Shown: positions 11,040 through 23,334, counted from the first letter of the whole stretch. The stretch is 63,694 bases of DNA, filler included, from Octopus bimaculoides (GCF_001194135.2; 6 parts of 6 records of this genome joined end to end with filler, not necessarily neighbours in it), one strand, 5' to 3'. Program-made: numbers and translations. The notes: a model not told the origin generated them from the sequence alone.

Positions 11040-12290
11040 TCTTTATAGAGTGTCAGCAACTGTTGACAATTTTCTGGCCCCAAAGAAAAGAGACAGTGCT
11101 TGAGATGCTGTGCTAGCTGTGTTAAGTATATACTTTCGCTAGGAGAATTCCTCAATGATAGTGAGGTCTAGTATTTTGAGCGACCGTGAGGGCTTTAGCT
11201 TCTTCGTTCCTTGATACCTGTTCTTGTGTTGCCTTAACTGCTTTTCTTCTATAGGTATTTCATGTTGATATAATCACATTTGTGTAAAACCTGAATCTGT
11301 GATGATCATAGGTTTATCATCACTTGACTTAAATTGTTTTTTACCCAGCCTTCTACATATTCTCTAGCTAAGGTTTTCTGCTTCGTTGCATGTATTTGGT
11401 CTCTAACCAAATAGTTTCCATACTGTTTTGAAATAAGAAAACATTCAGTGTCAGCTTTGAGCTCTACACATCTCAGTCAAAGCAGACGGTTTATTTAATC
11501 TATTCTTATTCTGCTCAGTTATTTAGAGTGTTCCCTATGTAGGGACTTTTCTTGTCATCGTTTTCGCAAGCGCTCCGTCAACCCATTTCCAGCTTAGTTT
11601 GTAGATTTTTTTTACAATTTCTGTTGTAATTACTCCTTCCTCACCAAAACTGTTTCTTACTTCAGGTTTTTGTGTTTGTTGGTTTCTTTGAAAACTGGAA
11701 ACAGTTCTTTTGTTTGTTTTGTTTTTTATTTCGTATTTTGGAATATTTTCTATTAGTTCCCATTGCGTTAGCCCCTGTATTTTTGCTAAATATAACTCAG
11801 ATTTTTGGTGGTGTTTTCTAAAAGTTGTCAATATTTATCTTGTTTTTTCTATCTAGTCCTTCTAATTTACTTAGTTGAAAATATTATAATTACTTATTAC
11901 ACTGAAGCAGGTAGGTTATTGGTGCCTATTAACCATTTTGTTTTTAACACTTAATAAGTCACAATCCGTTCTAAAGCGTCTATAACATAACACATTCATG
12001 TGTGTGAGTGCAACTCTTCCAAATACTTGCTAAATATTTGCAATTTTGTTTGATCTAATTCTCTTATCCGTGTTTATTTAACACATCTGACTCTTCTGTT
12101 AAATTTCCTATCTTCTATGTTGCCTTCGTGTATATTTATTATTCGAATTTCAGTAATTTCTCAAGTATATCCATACTTCCAGTAAAAATATTTCTAGTTG
12201 TGTATTAGCTGCAGCATAAATCTTGATATCGTCCATATATAAAATACAGTCGACTGTTCTTCCATAGCATTTATATCCGTACCTAAGCTG
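11040..12290 (-). mobile_element. R4/Dong-like (REL-endonuclease) LINE relic
   Basis: Minus-strand ILYMDDIKIYAA (YMDD at 12228-12239). ORF 11535-11831 has HHQKSELYLAKIQGLTQWE, resembling the HHPKxDVDRLYLPRxxGGRGL motif of R4/Dong ORFs. Heavily degraded. Confidence 0.7.
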
Positions 12291-12550
12291 GTTTAACTAG
12301 TTAAAGTTAGCACTGAGTAGAAATATAAGAGTACCGAGTAGAAATATAATGTGGTGAATATTTTCCAAGTAAACCTCATTTTTAATTCACGTCTTCTTTT
12401 CTCTCATTATGGATTTTCTCTTTATATTACGCTACAGCTCTCCCCAGATTACTCGAGACCCTTTCTGATCACGCATTGGCGGGAGTTAATAATCAGAGCA
12501 GAAACCTTAATGGTAAAACTGTCCCGCACTGAGTGCATATTGTCATACAT

Positions 12551-12695
12551 ATATACGTACATTATATACGTACATTATTTATTTACATATTTATATACGT
12601 GCATTATTTATGTACATATTTATATACGTACATTATTTATTTACATATTTATATACGTACATTATTTATGTACATATATACGTACATTATTTATC
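12551..12695. repeat. 29-bp minisatellite (ATATACGTACATTATTTATTTACATATTT)n, about 5 units
   Basis: ATATACGT recurs at 12564, 12593, 12622 and 12651. Confidence 0.85.
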
Positions 12696-12933
12696 TAACT
12701 TCCTACCGACCTATCTACCTATGTATACATCCATCTATCTATATATCTATACACCTATCTGTCTGTCTATCTACTTATCTATTTGTCAGTCTGTCTGTCT
12801 GCTTGTATAGTTATCAATCTATCTACCTACGTACCTATCTATATGTCTAACTAGCTACTTACCTACCTACCTACTAAGATAGATACATACATATTTATCT
12901 ACCTAACTGTCTAACTATGTATCTATCTGTCTG

Positions 12934-12934
<1 letters not shown>

Positions 12935-13002
<68 letters not shown>

Positions 13003-13132
13003 ATGCGTGTGTGTGTGTGTATGTATATGTGTGTGTACATACATACACGCACACACATCCATCCATCCATCCATCCATCCATCCATCCATCCATAAATAC
13101 ATACATACATACATACATACATACATACATAC
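12935..13132. repeat. Compound (ATCT)n/(GT)n/(ATCC)n/(ATAC)n microsatellites
   Basis: Visible tandem runs. Confidence 0.9.
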
Positions 13133-13481
13133 CTATAAGCGAGGCTTCATGGTCTATGGTAGACAGGAGGTTTGATCCTCATAGATTGTTACAAGCATTT
13201 TCCTGTCTTCCTTACCGCGTATATCTAATTATTGTACATGCTTCGATTCTGCATGAACTAAGCTACCGTTGAGAAGCCGCCGGTATGAGGATCTTAGCTT
13301 TTCAGGTTAAAGTTTCTAATTTGGACCGTAAAAGGTGTGATATCGCTTCACTTTGCTGCAGTGGTTAACACGACTGCATGCTTTACACGAAACAGGTTCG
13401 ATTTCTGTACATGATGCTTCAACTTTTTGCATCTTCTATATTACGTAGTAGTGTATCGAGGTTGTGGTTGCTAAACAAACA

Positions 13482-13542
<61 letters not shown>

Positions 13543-14029
13543 NNNNNNNNNNNNNNNNNNNNNNNNNNNNNNNNNNNNNNNNNNNNNNNNNNNNNNNNNN
13601 NNNNNNNNNNNNNNNNNNNNNNNNNNNNNNNNNNNNNNNNNNNNNNNNNNNNNNNNNNNNNNNNNNNNNNNNNNNNNNNNNNNNNNNNNNNNNNNNNNNN
13701 NNNNNNNNNNNNNNNNNNNNNNNNNNNNNNNNNNNNNNNNNNNNNNNNNNNNNNNNNNNNNNNNNNNNNNNNNNNNNNNNNNNNNNNNNNNNNNNNNNNN
13801 NNNNNNNNNNNNNNNNNNNNNNNNNNNNNNNNNNNNNNNNNNNNNNNNNNNNNNNNNNNNNNNNNNNNNNNNNNNNNNNNNNNNNNNNNNNNNNNNNNNN
13901 NNNNNNNNNNNNNNNNNNNNNNNNNNNNNNNNNNNNNNNNNNNNNNNNNNNNNNNNNNNNNNNNNNNNNNNNNNNNNNNNNNNNNNNNNNNNNNNNNNNN
14001 NNNNNNNNNNNNNNNNNNNNNNNNNNTAT

Positions 14030-14190
14030 ATATATATGGTGGTGGTTGTCTACTCCTTAAACAGAGTTTGACCACCTCCTGCACCTACACCTTAGCCCTT
14101 TCATGGCGTCTGATGTGGCTTTTTAAACCAGACAGTGTTTTGAAAAAACACCCACACAGATTGCACCTCTGATTTGCACTACCAATACCT
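14030..14190 (-). mobile_element. 3' end of an RTE-type LINE with terminal C2H2 zinc finger
   Basis: CNLCGCFFKTLSGLKSHIRRH (C-x2-C-x12-H-x3-H, 14103-14165), stop at 14085-14087, then a very short 3' UTR running into a simple repeat. The F-x-T/S-x-x-GL-x-SH-x-R-x-H pattern is typical of RTE/BovB ORF ends. Confidence 0.65.
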
Positions 14191-14191
14191 G

Positions 14192-14250
<59 letters not shown>

Positions 14251-14516
14251 GTATACATGTATATAAGTATATATAAACACATGTACATAGATATAAACAT
14301 ATATAAACATATATAAACACATGCACATAGATATAATATTATACATGTATACGTATATATATACATATATATATATACGTGTAAACATGTCTTAAAGAAT
14401 GTACTGAGTTTCCCTTTTTCTATTACCAGTATTGCTTGTATATGAACACGCATGTGTGTTTCTTATATGTGTGTATAGATGTGTTTGCATGCGTATTTAT
14501 ACTGTGATTTCTCTCT

Positions 14517-14555
<39 letters not shown>

Positions 14556-14619
14556 GATTGACCGTTGACTGAACACTATTCAATTTTTTTTCTCCGTGTT
14601 TTTCTCCTTGTCTCCGTAT

Positions 14620-14656
14620 TCTTTCTGTTGAAGAGCGTAGCTCGAAACGTCAAAGA
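14620..14656 (+). ncRNA. Minimal type I hammerhead-like motif with variant core (PLE-type)
   Basis: TCTTT-CTGTTGA-A-GAG-CGTAG-CTC-GAAA-CG-TC-AAAGA: helix I TCTTT/AAAGA, helix II GAG/CTC, palindromic ACGT helix III and a GUC site. Core position 6 is U, not A. Confidence 0.55.
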
Positions 14657-15199
14657 CTTTCCGTATTCCCGAGCGTCATACTAATATATCCTTTTGTTAT
14701 TTACACCACCTGTCCTCGTCTGTTGTTATTATTTGTATATTCTCCCATATATATATACACTCATATATATGCATNNNNNNNNNNNNNNNNNNNNNNNNNN
14801 NNNNNNNNNNNNNNNNNNTTAATTAATTAANNNNNNNNNNNNNNNNNNNNNNNNNNNNNNNNNNNNNNNNNNNNTGGGTGTTGGGGGTGTGGGCCTGTAG
14901 CCTGGGAAGGGGGAAAGCAGTGTCGTGTACCTGAAAAGAAATATATACATAAAAAGAATAAAAAGTTTTGAAAGGTACAACAATGCACTATAATACAAAC
15001 AATGGGCTATATACATCTTGTAATTTAGTCATCCGTAGTCTGATGATATTTCAGAATAAAATTACTTCTTCAGATATTCTTAGATGGAGTCGCTGCTATA
15101 ATCGGTTTTCCAACGGCTTTTTTTTTTTTTTTTTTTTTAAGCATCTCAACAGTGGTCTCATGAAGCTCCTTCTGGAATTCCTCATGAGAAGTGCGTGAG

Positions 15200-16192
15200 G
15201 TCAGCCATGTTTTAATCTCGTATGTACTGGTACATCTATAGCGCTGCTTCTAAGTTATGTATTATACGTGCAGCTTCCCTTTTTCCCTTCTTTTTTTTCT
15301 CTTCTAAATGAACCTACACACATCTAGATGTAGCTAAATGATATATTGATTACCAACCTCCAGTCTGTTGTCAATTTGGGGCCCTAGTCTGTGTATGAGT
15401 ATAGCTTCCTTAATTCTTAAATTACCCAAATTTCTTTCATTGGCTTCAGTTGTGACTGTTATGTTTTTGTCAGTGTTCCGGCATCTGTCTAGATGTTTTC
15501 TGAAGGAGGAGGCTCTCGTATTCAGATGTTCTTTGATGCGGACGTGTAACAGTCTTGTTGTGCTACCCACATAGAACTTGTTGCATTTGTTTACCCATTG
15601 GTATAAATCTGTATCACGGATGGGACAGTTTGTTAGTGTACATTGATTGTTGTCCCTTGTTCGTTTCTTTGCAAGGTGTCTTCTCAAAGAGGGGTCAGAG
15701 TGAGCTAGTTGTATGTCTAGCCCTTCTCTTCTTATGGCTCTTTGGATGGATGTAGTTACCCTCTCTCTAAAATGGGGTATTTTAAGGAAGCATGTGTTGC
15801 TGGGTTTTCTATGTGTTCGGCATGTTGGTCATCTTGGATACTTAAGCCGATTTACAATAGATCTAGGGTACCCGTTGGTTTTCAGTATATCTAGGAAGTG
15901 TGTAGTGTGGGTCACTTTGTCCTCCGTTCTGCTGCACTTGCTCTGGATGCATGCAAGTTCATTTCTGGCGTATCCTATTTTGGCACTGAGTGGAAGTGCT
16001 GAATTGTATTGGACAAACACATCTCTACTGGCTGCTTTCCTGTAGAACTCAGTGTGGATCTCCCCTTCTTCCATTATATTCAGTTTGAAGTCAAGTAGTG
16101 ATAGCAATCCAGTAATGTCGGGATGTTCTATAGCGAACTTTATGTTCATGTCCATGCTATTGAATGTTGTGGATATTCTGTCAGCCTCTTCA
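15200..16192 (-). mobile_element. Penelope-like element, 3' half (RT thumb and GIY-YIG endonuclease)
   Basis: EEADRISTTFNS continues into ORF 15829-16155 (MDMNIKFAIEH...LSLLDFKL...EFYRK). ORF 15334-15687 has NKFYVGSTTRLLHVRIKEH...LRIKEAILIHRLGPQID, the YIG-type and C-terminal GIY-YIG motifs. Confidence 0.9.
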
Positions 16193-17434
16193 GTGGCTTT
16201 GTACCAAATACCAACACAACTTGGCCTATTACACCGACACAGATGAACAGGACACGTCCACTGAACGAGATAACACTAACACCAAGGATGCCAGCACACC
16301 ATCAGCAACGAAATGCCTAGTCACAGACTTGAGTGAGTCACTCTCCCATGAAGAACTAGAACTTCTCAGTCTGGACCCTAAATTTATCTTGAGCCAACAG
16401 CTGAATGAAAAAATCTTATTCGACCTGGAAGCCAACTTTTGTCAAACAGCCTACCAATTCAAATGGCTATCAGTGATAAAGAAGAACAACACACTCGGCA
16501 AATTTCCCACATACCAACTAGACCACCCACTCCACCCACCCCCAACCAAGCAAGAACTCAACCACAAACTATCCAGATTGAAACAGTCTATCTCCAACAT
16601 CTTAAGGAAGGAATTGAAAATAACTCCAAACTTAACCAAAGCACAACATAAAACACTGACTAAACTAAAAAACAAAAACCTTGTATACTTACCATCAGAT
16701 AAAGGAAAAGAAATCTGCCTTATTTCTTGTGAAATATATGATAGACTGGCACTAGAACATTTAAGCAATGACAGGCTATATTCTGAAGTGACAGATATAA
16801 CTGCGACCAGGATTGAGGACTCAATTAATACCGCTTGGACGGACATCTGTAGACAGAGACAAATACATAATAAATTCAAGAACAATTTCATCACAAAGAA
16901 CAGTAGATTACCCAGATTTTTTAGACCCATTGTCTCCAGCATAGAAGGATCTCTATATAAAATATCCTGGTTACTTTTTCACATCCTGAAACCCATACTC
17001 TCCACCTTTCCTGGACACGTCAAAAACTCTGACGAAGTCATCAAAAGGCTGTATCAATTGCTCCTAAACCAACTCAGGCAAAACAGATATGCTTTTAGTC
17101 TTGACGTTGTCTCAATGTACACAACGGTGCCAGCACACTCAGCGGTCAACCTATTGACTCACTGCATAATAACATCCGAGATCCAATGCTTCGGACTTAC
17201 CACAGCTGATATACATCAACTTTTGTCCATCATCGTGGACAACACCTACTTCTCTTTCCAGGACCACATATACAAACAGACAACAGGTCTCCCCATGGGA
17301 TCCAGTCTTTCAGGCCTACTAGCCATCACTTATATGAACCAACTGGAATGTCGAGTACTCAACATCTGCCGCTCATGCGCCTTCTTCACCAGGTACATAG
17401 ATGACATCCTCATACTCACATCTTCCCGTGAAGA
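16193..17434 (+). mobile_element. Penelope-like element, 5' half (N-terminal domain and RT up to YIDD), inverted relative to the 3' half
   Basis: ORF 16164-17474 contains LPSDKG, RPIVSS, SLDVVSMYTTVP, YKQTTGLPMGSSLSGLLA and RYIDDILILTSSRE, all typical PLE RT motifs. Confidence 0.92.
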
Positions 17435-17724
17435 TATGCACATGCACTACACACAAATATATGTATGTACATAAATACATATATACACACTCTGTCAATC
17501 TACCTATCTGTCTCTTTGTTTCTCATCTATACCTATTCGCATACATGCACACATATATGGGCTTTCTCTTACTCTCTCTCACATGCAGACACATAATCTC
17601 TCCCCAGCTGACTTTTCCTCTCATTAATTATCAATGATTACAATATTGCTCTGTAGGTTATGAGTTCAAATTGTTGTCACAGAACAAAATATTTAATTTT
17701 GGGCACACTTAATAATTTTACAGT

Positions 17725-17822
17725 TGCAGGAAAGGGTGTGTAGTTTCAAGTTCAGTCCCATTGCATGACACATTGGGGAAGTGTCTTGTACAATAGCTCC
17801 AGGCCAACCAGTGCCTATGAGT
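17725..17822 (+). mobile_element. SINE family B 5' fragment, degenerate
   Basis: GTTCAGTCCCATTGCATGACACATTGGGGAAGTGTCTTGTACAATAGCTCCAGGCCAACC matches the family B head. Confidence 0.6.
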
Positions 17823-18098
17823 GTGTGTGTTTGTGTGTATATGTGTGTATGTGTGAATATATATATATAATCAAAATATGCAACAGGATATCAAATAGTG
17901 ATGCAGTATGACCGTTTCAAGTGGGTCCATTTAATTGAACAATGCAATCATTACATCTGAAAAATTATATTAATGTGTCCTACTTGTTAATATTCCATTT
18001 TGATTTTATTCGCCTTACGTCAAGCTGTGCGGATGATACTGGACTGACTTGGTGCTTCAACGTAAGTACCTAATCCCACTGAATCTCAATTATTTCTT

Positions 18099-18146
<48 letters not shown>

Positions 18147-18404
18147 CATATACAATGTGTATACATGCATGTTTGTGTGTATGTGCGCCTTTGTATTTGT
18201 CCCCCCCCCCACACACACACACACACTATGCAATTGACTAGACCCTCCCCAAAATTTCAGGTCTTATGCCTATAGTAGAAAGGATTGCTAAGACAATGTT
18301 AATTAAGCAGTTATTACCTAATTTTTATTACAGTAACATACCTTAATTAAAGTTGTAATGTTTAATTAACAATTAATTAAAGCTATTAATATTACTAAAT
18401 CAAG

Positions 18405-18619
18405 TAAGGCAGCAAGCTGGTCGAACGTTAGCATGCTGGGCAAAATGCTGAGCTGCATTTTGTCCATCTTCATGTTCTGAGTTCAAATTCCACCGTTGTC
18501 AACTTTGCCTTTCATCCTTTTGGGGGTCTGTAAAATAAGTACCAGTTAAACACTAAGGTCAATGTAATTAACTTACCCCCTCTCCTGAAATTGCTAGCCT
18601 TGTGCCAAAATTTTAAATC
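18405..18619 (+). mobile_element. SINE family A with a perfect 17-bp target-site duplication
   Basis: AATATTACTAAATCAAG occurs at 18388-18404 and 18620-18636, flanking the SINE head, core and tail. Confidence 0.92.
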
Positions 18620-18692
18620 AATATTACTAAATCAAGGGACCTAGCTGTAACTGTCTATTTTATGTAGATGCAGATTTAGTGAACATTTGTTT

Positions 18693-18825
18693 CTAATTTA
18701 GGCACAAGGACAGCAGAGGAAGGGAGCAGCTTAGTCAATACCATCATGGGACTTTAGGACTTGACTGATACTTTATCAACCCTGAAAGGATGAAAGGAAA
18801 AGTTGACCTCAGCAAGATTTGACAG
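18693..18825 (-). mobile_element. SINE family A 3' fragment, degenerate
   Basis: GAAAGGATGAAAGGAAAAGTTGACCTC core in reverse orientation and an AGGCACAAGG tail. Confidence 0.65.
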
Positions 18826-19668
18826 AATAATCTGAATGCAGATGAGTGTACCTATTCTGAAGCATAAAATTAGTCTCTTGACTTTCTTACAAATATCTTA
18901 TAAGTTACAGAGTAAATATAATTTGACCTGAAATTTGTTTTAATATAATCTGTTCTAATTGTTCATGGTAGTACAAATTTCATGCTTAAATGGCAAGAAT
19001 TACAATTTTTACAAAATGTTCTTTCATGTTTCAGGGCCATGTGACAACTATCATTATTCAAGAAATCAAAACCAACATAACTTCCTTAGCTTGAAGTTGA
19101 AATCTTAACATAGCAATCTTAATTCAATAATTAAATTGATTTATTCAAGCAGAGTAAAAGGTTTTATCCTGCATTATTTATTTCTGATGCCTTTTATGTA
19201 ATTTTTCTTGTTTTATTTGTAATTCCACCAACATGAAGAATAAGAAAACTCTGGAAAAACAACAGAACAATGAAGACTCATAGCTGGAGTAAAGAACTAA
19301 ACATCTTTAAGCTTGATCTCCTTCTCAGTCTGATTATTTGCCATCACTGTTCTTATTTGTTCCCTTACTTGGCAATTAGCACAAGCAGACATCAAAATAA
19401 AATAATCAAAATGTATTATTGAACATATTAGCAATGTTTTGTTTTGATGCCATAATGTACTGCAAAATAAATGGCAGATTTTAGCTTCACAACTTGTATA
19501 AAATAAACTCAGTTTAATTTATACATTTCATTGAAATCTTAATTTTCTTCTAAATTATAGTATCAAATTCATAAACATGCCAGCATAGAGTATGGACACT
19601 AAATGATGATAATGATGCCACCAACAGCAGCAACTTTCTTTTGTTATATTTAGAGAATTAAATTTAAA

Positions 19669-19934
19669 ATATTCTGTTGTGTCTGGGAAGAGTCATTCTC
19701 TTTTAGTGACTTATAATTTAACACACTCACTGGTAAAATTTCCACTCATTTACTTATTTATTTTTCTGAAGTTTTCGTTGCATCTTGCAACCTTTTCAAT
19801 AGTTGTTGACTCTTGCAAGACGCAATGAAAATTTTAGAGAAATAAATAAGTAAATGAGTGGAAATTTTACCAGTGAGTGTGTCAATTTATAAGTCACTAA
19901 AAGAGAATGACTCTCCCCAGACACAACAGAATAT
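19669..19934. mobile_element. 266-bp foldback / MITE-like palindrome
   Basis: Arms 19669-19790 and 19813-19934 are near-perfect reverse complements around a 22-nt spacer. Confidence 0.85.
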
Positions 19935-20864
19935 GCTTCAACACATGAACTCACATAAAGAATCTTGCAAACCAAATCCAAAAACAAAATTTTAAATAGT
20001 TTTGAAAAAACTCATATTTCTTTATTCCTTGTGGAAAGAAGAAAATTTTTTATAATAATCCAATTGCTGTGTTTTTTGGAGGTTTTTTTGCATCTTTCTT
20101 TCCGTTCTTCAAAAGAAATATTTAATAATCCTCAACTTCTAAAGATTAACAAGATTAATAAAATTATTCTTTCATGAACCAGCAAGTATTTGAGTCAGCT
20201 GAAATATTTGTGTTGTCATTCTGTTGCTTCTGTGTGCATATGCATGTATACACATGCATATATATAAATATATGCATATTCATGTATACACATGCATATA
20301 TATAAATATATGCATGTGCATATATACATACATATATATTCATATATAAACCCTGCTTTTACTGTGATTTGTATTTCACTCTGTCACAAACTATGAAGCG
20401 ATTGTACAACTATTTCTGAATCCATTTATTTTATGCAATGGATGCAGTTTATAAAATTACCACTGAATGTAGCATTTAGAACTATTATAACAGCAATAGC
20501 AATGAAGTTACTTCATATTCGTCAACATTCTATTGAGTAAGTTGCCATAATTAGTAATTAACTATTGAGCAACATGAAATATCACTCTTTATTCATTCAT
20601 TAATATTACAGTTATTGCTATCAGATTTTACTACAGAAGATATTGTAGGGAGAGTTAATTTATACAGATATAATGAGTAGAATTTGTTATAATTCATAGA
20701 GATCTCTGTTAGTAGAAATGTAAGGTAAAAACCATTTAAGGTATTCTAGGTTGCCACAGGAAATAACTGGCATTTAACCTCTGTTGTCACAAAACTCTTC
20801 TGTCTTCAATAATTGTGTTTTGCTGTAACAGTTACAGGCTAGATCTGTACTATACAGGTCTGTA

Positions 20865-20914
<50 letters not shown>

Positions 20915-20916
<2 letters not shown>

Positions 20917-21280
20917 ATCTGTAAGACCACCATTAGTACAAAGACCTGTTAGATATTGACCAGATCTATATGACATAGACCTTTTATTATAAACCACTTA
21001 CTATAGACACTTGTTACTTAAAGACCAGATCTATATGGTGTAGACCTATCAGGTATTATAGACCACTGTACTACATAGACCTCTTAAATATAGAGTGGAT
21101 CTATATAATGTAGACCTATTAGGTAGTGTAGACCACTGTACAACATAGACCTTTTACTTATAGATCTGATCTATTTGATGTAGACCTATTAAGTATTATA
21201 GACCACTGTATTACATAGACCTGTTAGATATAGACTGGATCTATATAATGTAGACCTCTTAGGTATTATAGACCATTATA
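20915..21280. repeat. Minisatellite with a 70-bp higher-order unit built of TAGAC(C)-containing subunits
   Basis: GATCTAT recurs at 21028, 21098, 21168 and 21238; each unit holds four TAGAC-like motifs. Confidence 0.85.
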
Positions 21281-21518
21281 CTGTAGGGATGAGATGAGCC
21301 AAAAGGAAAGGGCTGTGACGTCAATGGTCAAGGGGCCTGACCAGAACAGGAAGGGGGAGAGAGGAAGTGAGGGTAGCAAGATCAGGGTCGTCTTTTTTCA
21401 GCTTGGGGCACTCACTGTGAACAGATGTCAGTAAAGTGAGCTAGCAGGATTGGTAGTAGCAGCTGCTTACATTAGGTGCGACAGGTAGGGTGTGAGTTTT
21501 GCACTTAGTACAGCTGGA

Positions 21519-22168
21519 CAGCTGGGATCTTTTTTAAAACGGGGGCCACATTTTTCATTAACGAAACACTTTGAAACTTGGAACACTGGTAGAATGTGTC
21601 ATATAAAACATCTTTTTCTCTTAGTCTTCTTAAAAAAAAAAGAAATCCCTAAGTTATTCCATGTTAAAGTTGTATTTCTGTAATTTCAACCAATCACTGA
21701 CGTCCATTCAGCCGATATACATTAAGTGCCGACTACATAAACAAACGATTCTGAAACAATTCTATCAGTGATAGGGTTAGGGTTAGGATAAAACAGCAAA
21801 TTTAAAAAGAAAAAAGNNNNNNNNNNNNNNNNNNNNNNNNNNNNNNNNNNNNNNNNNNNNNNNNNNNNNNNNNNNNNNNNNNNNNNNNNNNNNNNNNNNN
21901 NNNNNNAAAAAAGCAAATAAAACGAAGCTTATGGCTTAATCAGCCAAAGGAGTAAATGTAAACTACTGAATACTTGTCAGTGATTGGTTGAAATTATCGA
22001 AATAAGACAATTTTTTACATGAAATAAATTCGAATACAAAAATATTTTTCTGTTCTATAACACAAAATAGATAAGTATAAGAAGTTTGAAAGTCTTTCGG
22101 TACCAAAAACACTACGTAAAACATTAATGAAAAATGTGGCCCCCGTTTTAAAAAAGATCCGACAGCTG
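21519..22168. mobile_element. Non-autonomous TIR DNA transposon (Tc1-like ends), interrupted by a gap
   Basis: CAGCTGGGATCTTTTTTAAAACGGGGGCCACATTTTTCATTAA (21519-21561) is matched in reverse at 22124-22168. The ends begin with CAG; the interior is non-coding. Confidence 0.8.
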
Positions 22169-22274
22169 ACAACAAGAAGGTGGGTGAACTGTATCTTATT
22201 TCCCCGCATTACAGTTCCCTTGGACAACAAGCCATTTCGGCACTCGTATGTAAATATAATTCTCCATTCAAGAA

Positions 22275-22535
22275 TGGTCGTTGCCAGTGCCACCTGACTA
22301 GCTCCCATCCCAGTGGCACCATTTGAGCGTGGTCATTGCCAGTGTCGCCTGACTGGCTCCCATGCTGGTGACATGTAAAAAGCACCCACTACACTCTTGG
22401 AGTGATTGGTGTTAGGAAGGGCATCCAGCTGTAGAAACCTTGCCAGATCAGATTGGAGCCTGGTACAGTCTTCTGGCTTGCCAGTCCTGTCAAACTGTCC
22501 AACCCATGCCAGCATGGAATGTCGATGATGATGAT
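22275..22535 (+). mobile_element. SINE-like family C with (GAT)n tail
   Basis: GGCATCCAGCTGTAGAAACC...CCAACCCATGCCAGCATGGAA followed by GATGATGATGAT. An internal duplication GGTCGTTGCCAGTG..CTGACT.GCTCCCAT is present. Confidence 0.7.
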
Positions 22536-23334
22536 TATTTCTCCCCATCTCTAAATGAGTAAACAAAATAAAGTTTGTGTTCATATAATTCTTCTTTCTT
22601 TTTCATGATATTGGACAAGTTTAAAAATTTGAAAGCTTAATTTTTATTGGATATGGCAGTCTGTTGCCACATGTGCATGCATGGATACACATACAACAGA
22701 AATACATACAAACATTCACATACTTTCAGCCTTCGATCACCTGTCTAGGGGTGGTTACATTTCATCCTCTCAGTAGAGAACAGTGAACACAATCCCACTC
22801 CTCTATCTGATTATCTCTGAATAACATAACCCCCACCTCTCTCACTGCCTAGCTTCTGGGCATAATTTACTTCTTACTTCCTTCCTTTCAACCCTGTCAA
22901 GTTTGACTGTCACCTGCAGTCAATCTTAACTTCCACACCCTATGACTTTGTTGCTTTACATTTCAGGGCACTTACTCAGTTAAAATTGGCAATTGGCTTG
23001 TTCCTCACTATCAATCATCACACAACACTCTTCTACAAACAGTCTATAACAATCTTTCTGATACGCAGCCCCTATAACATTAATATAATTTACAGAGGCA
23101 AAGGAAGGCTTCCCATGTATATATTTTGTTCAATATGTTGTTAATGATAGCAAACCTTGCTTTGTATGTCTGTAACCTCATCTCTCTCTCTCTCGCTCTC
23201 TCTCTCCTTCTCTCTCTCTCTTTCTCTCTCGCTCTCTCTCTCCTTCTCTNNNNNNNNNNTCCTTCTCTCTCTCTCTTTCTCTCTCGCTCTCTCTCTCCTT
23301 CTCTCTCTCTCTTTCTCTCTCGGGTATCTCCTGT

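Noticed and set aside
13355-13410. tRNA-like A-box and B-box (GCAGTGGTTAA...GGTTCGATTTC)
   Set aside because: No cloverleaf or acceptor stem; most likely a decayed SINE head, not a tRNA gene.
14103-14165. C2H2 zinc finger as part of the octopus C2H2-ZNF gene expansion
   Set aside because: A single finger with no TGEKP linkers, followed at once by a stop and a short tail, fits an RTE-type LINE terminus better.
15030-15189. CTGATGA/CTGAAGA motifs and a TCTCATGA...TCATGAGA hairpin (15156-15189) downstream of the second PLE
   Set aside because: I could not assemble a full hammerhead on either strand: helix I or GAAA is absent.
21772-21787. TTAGGG telomere-like repeats
   Set aside because: Fewer than three units, located inside a TIR element; not an interstitial telomere.
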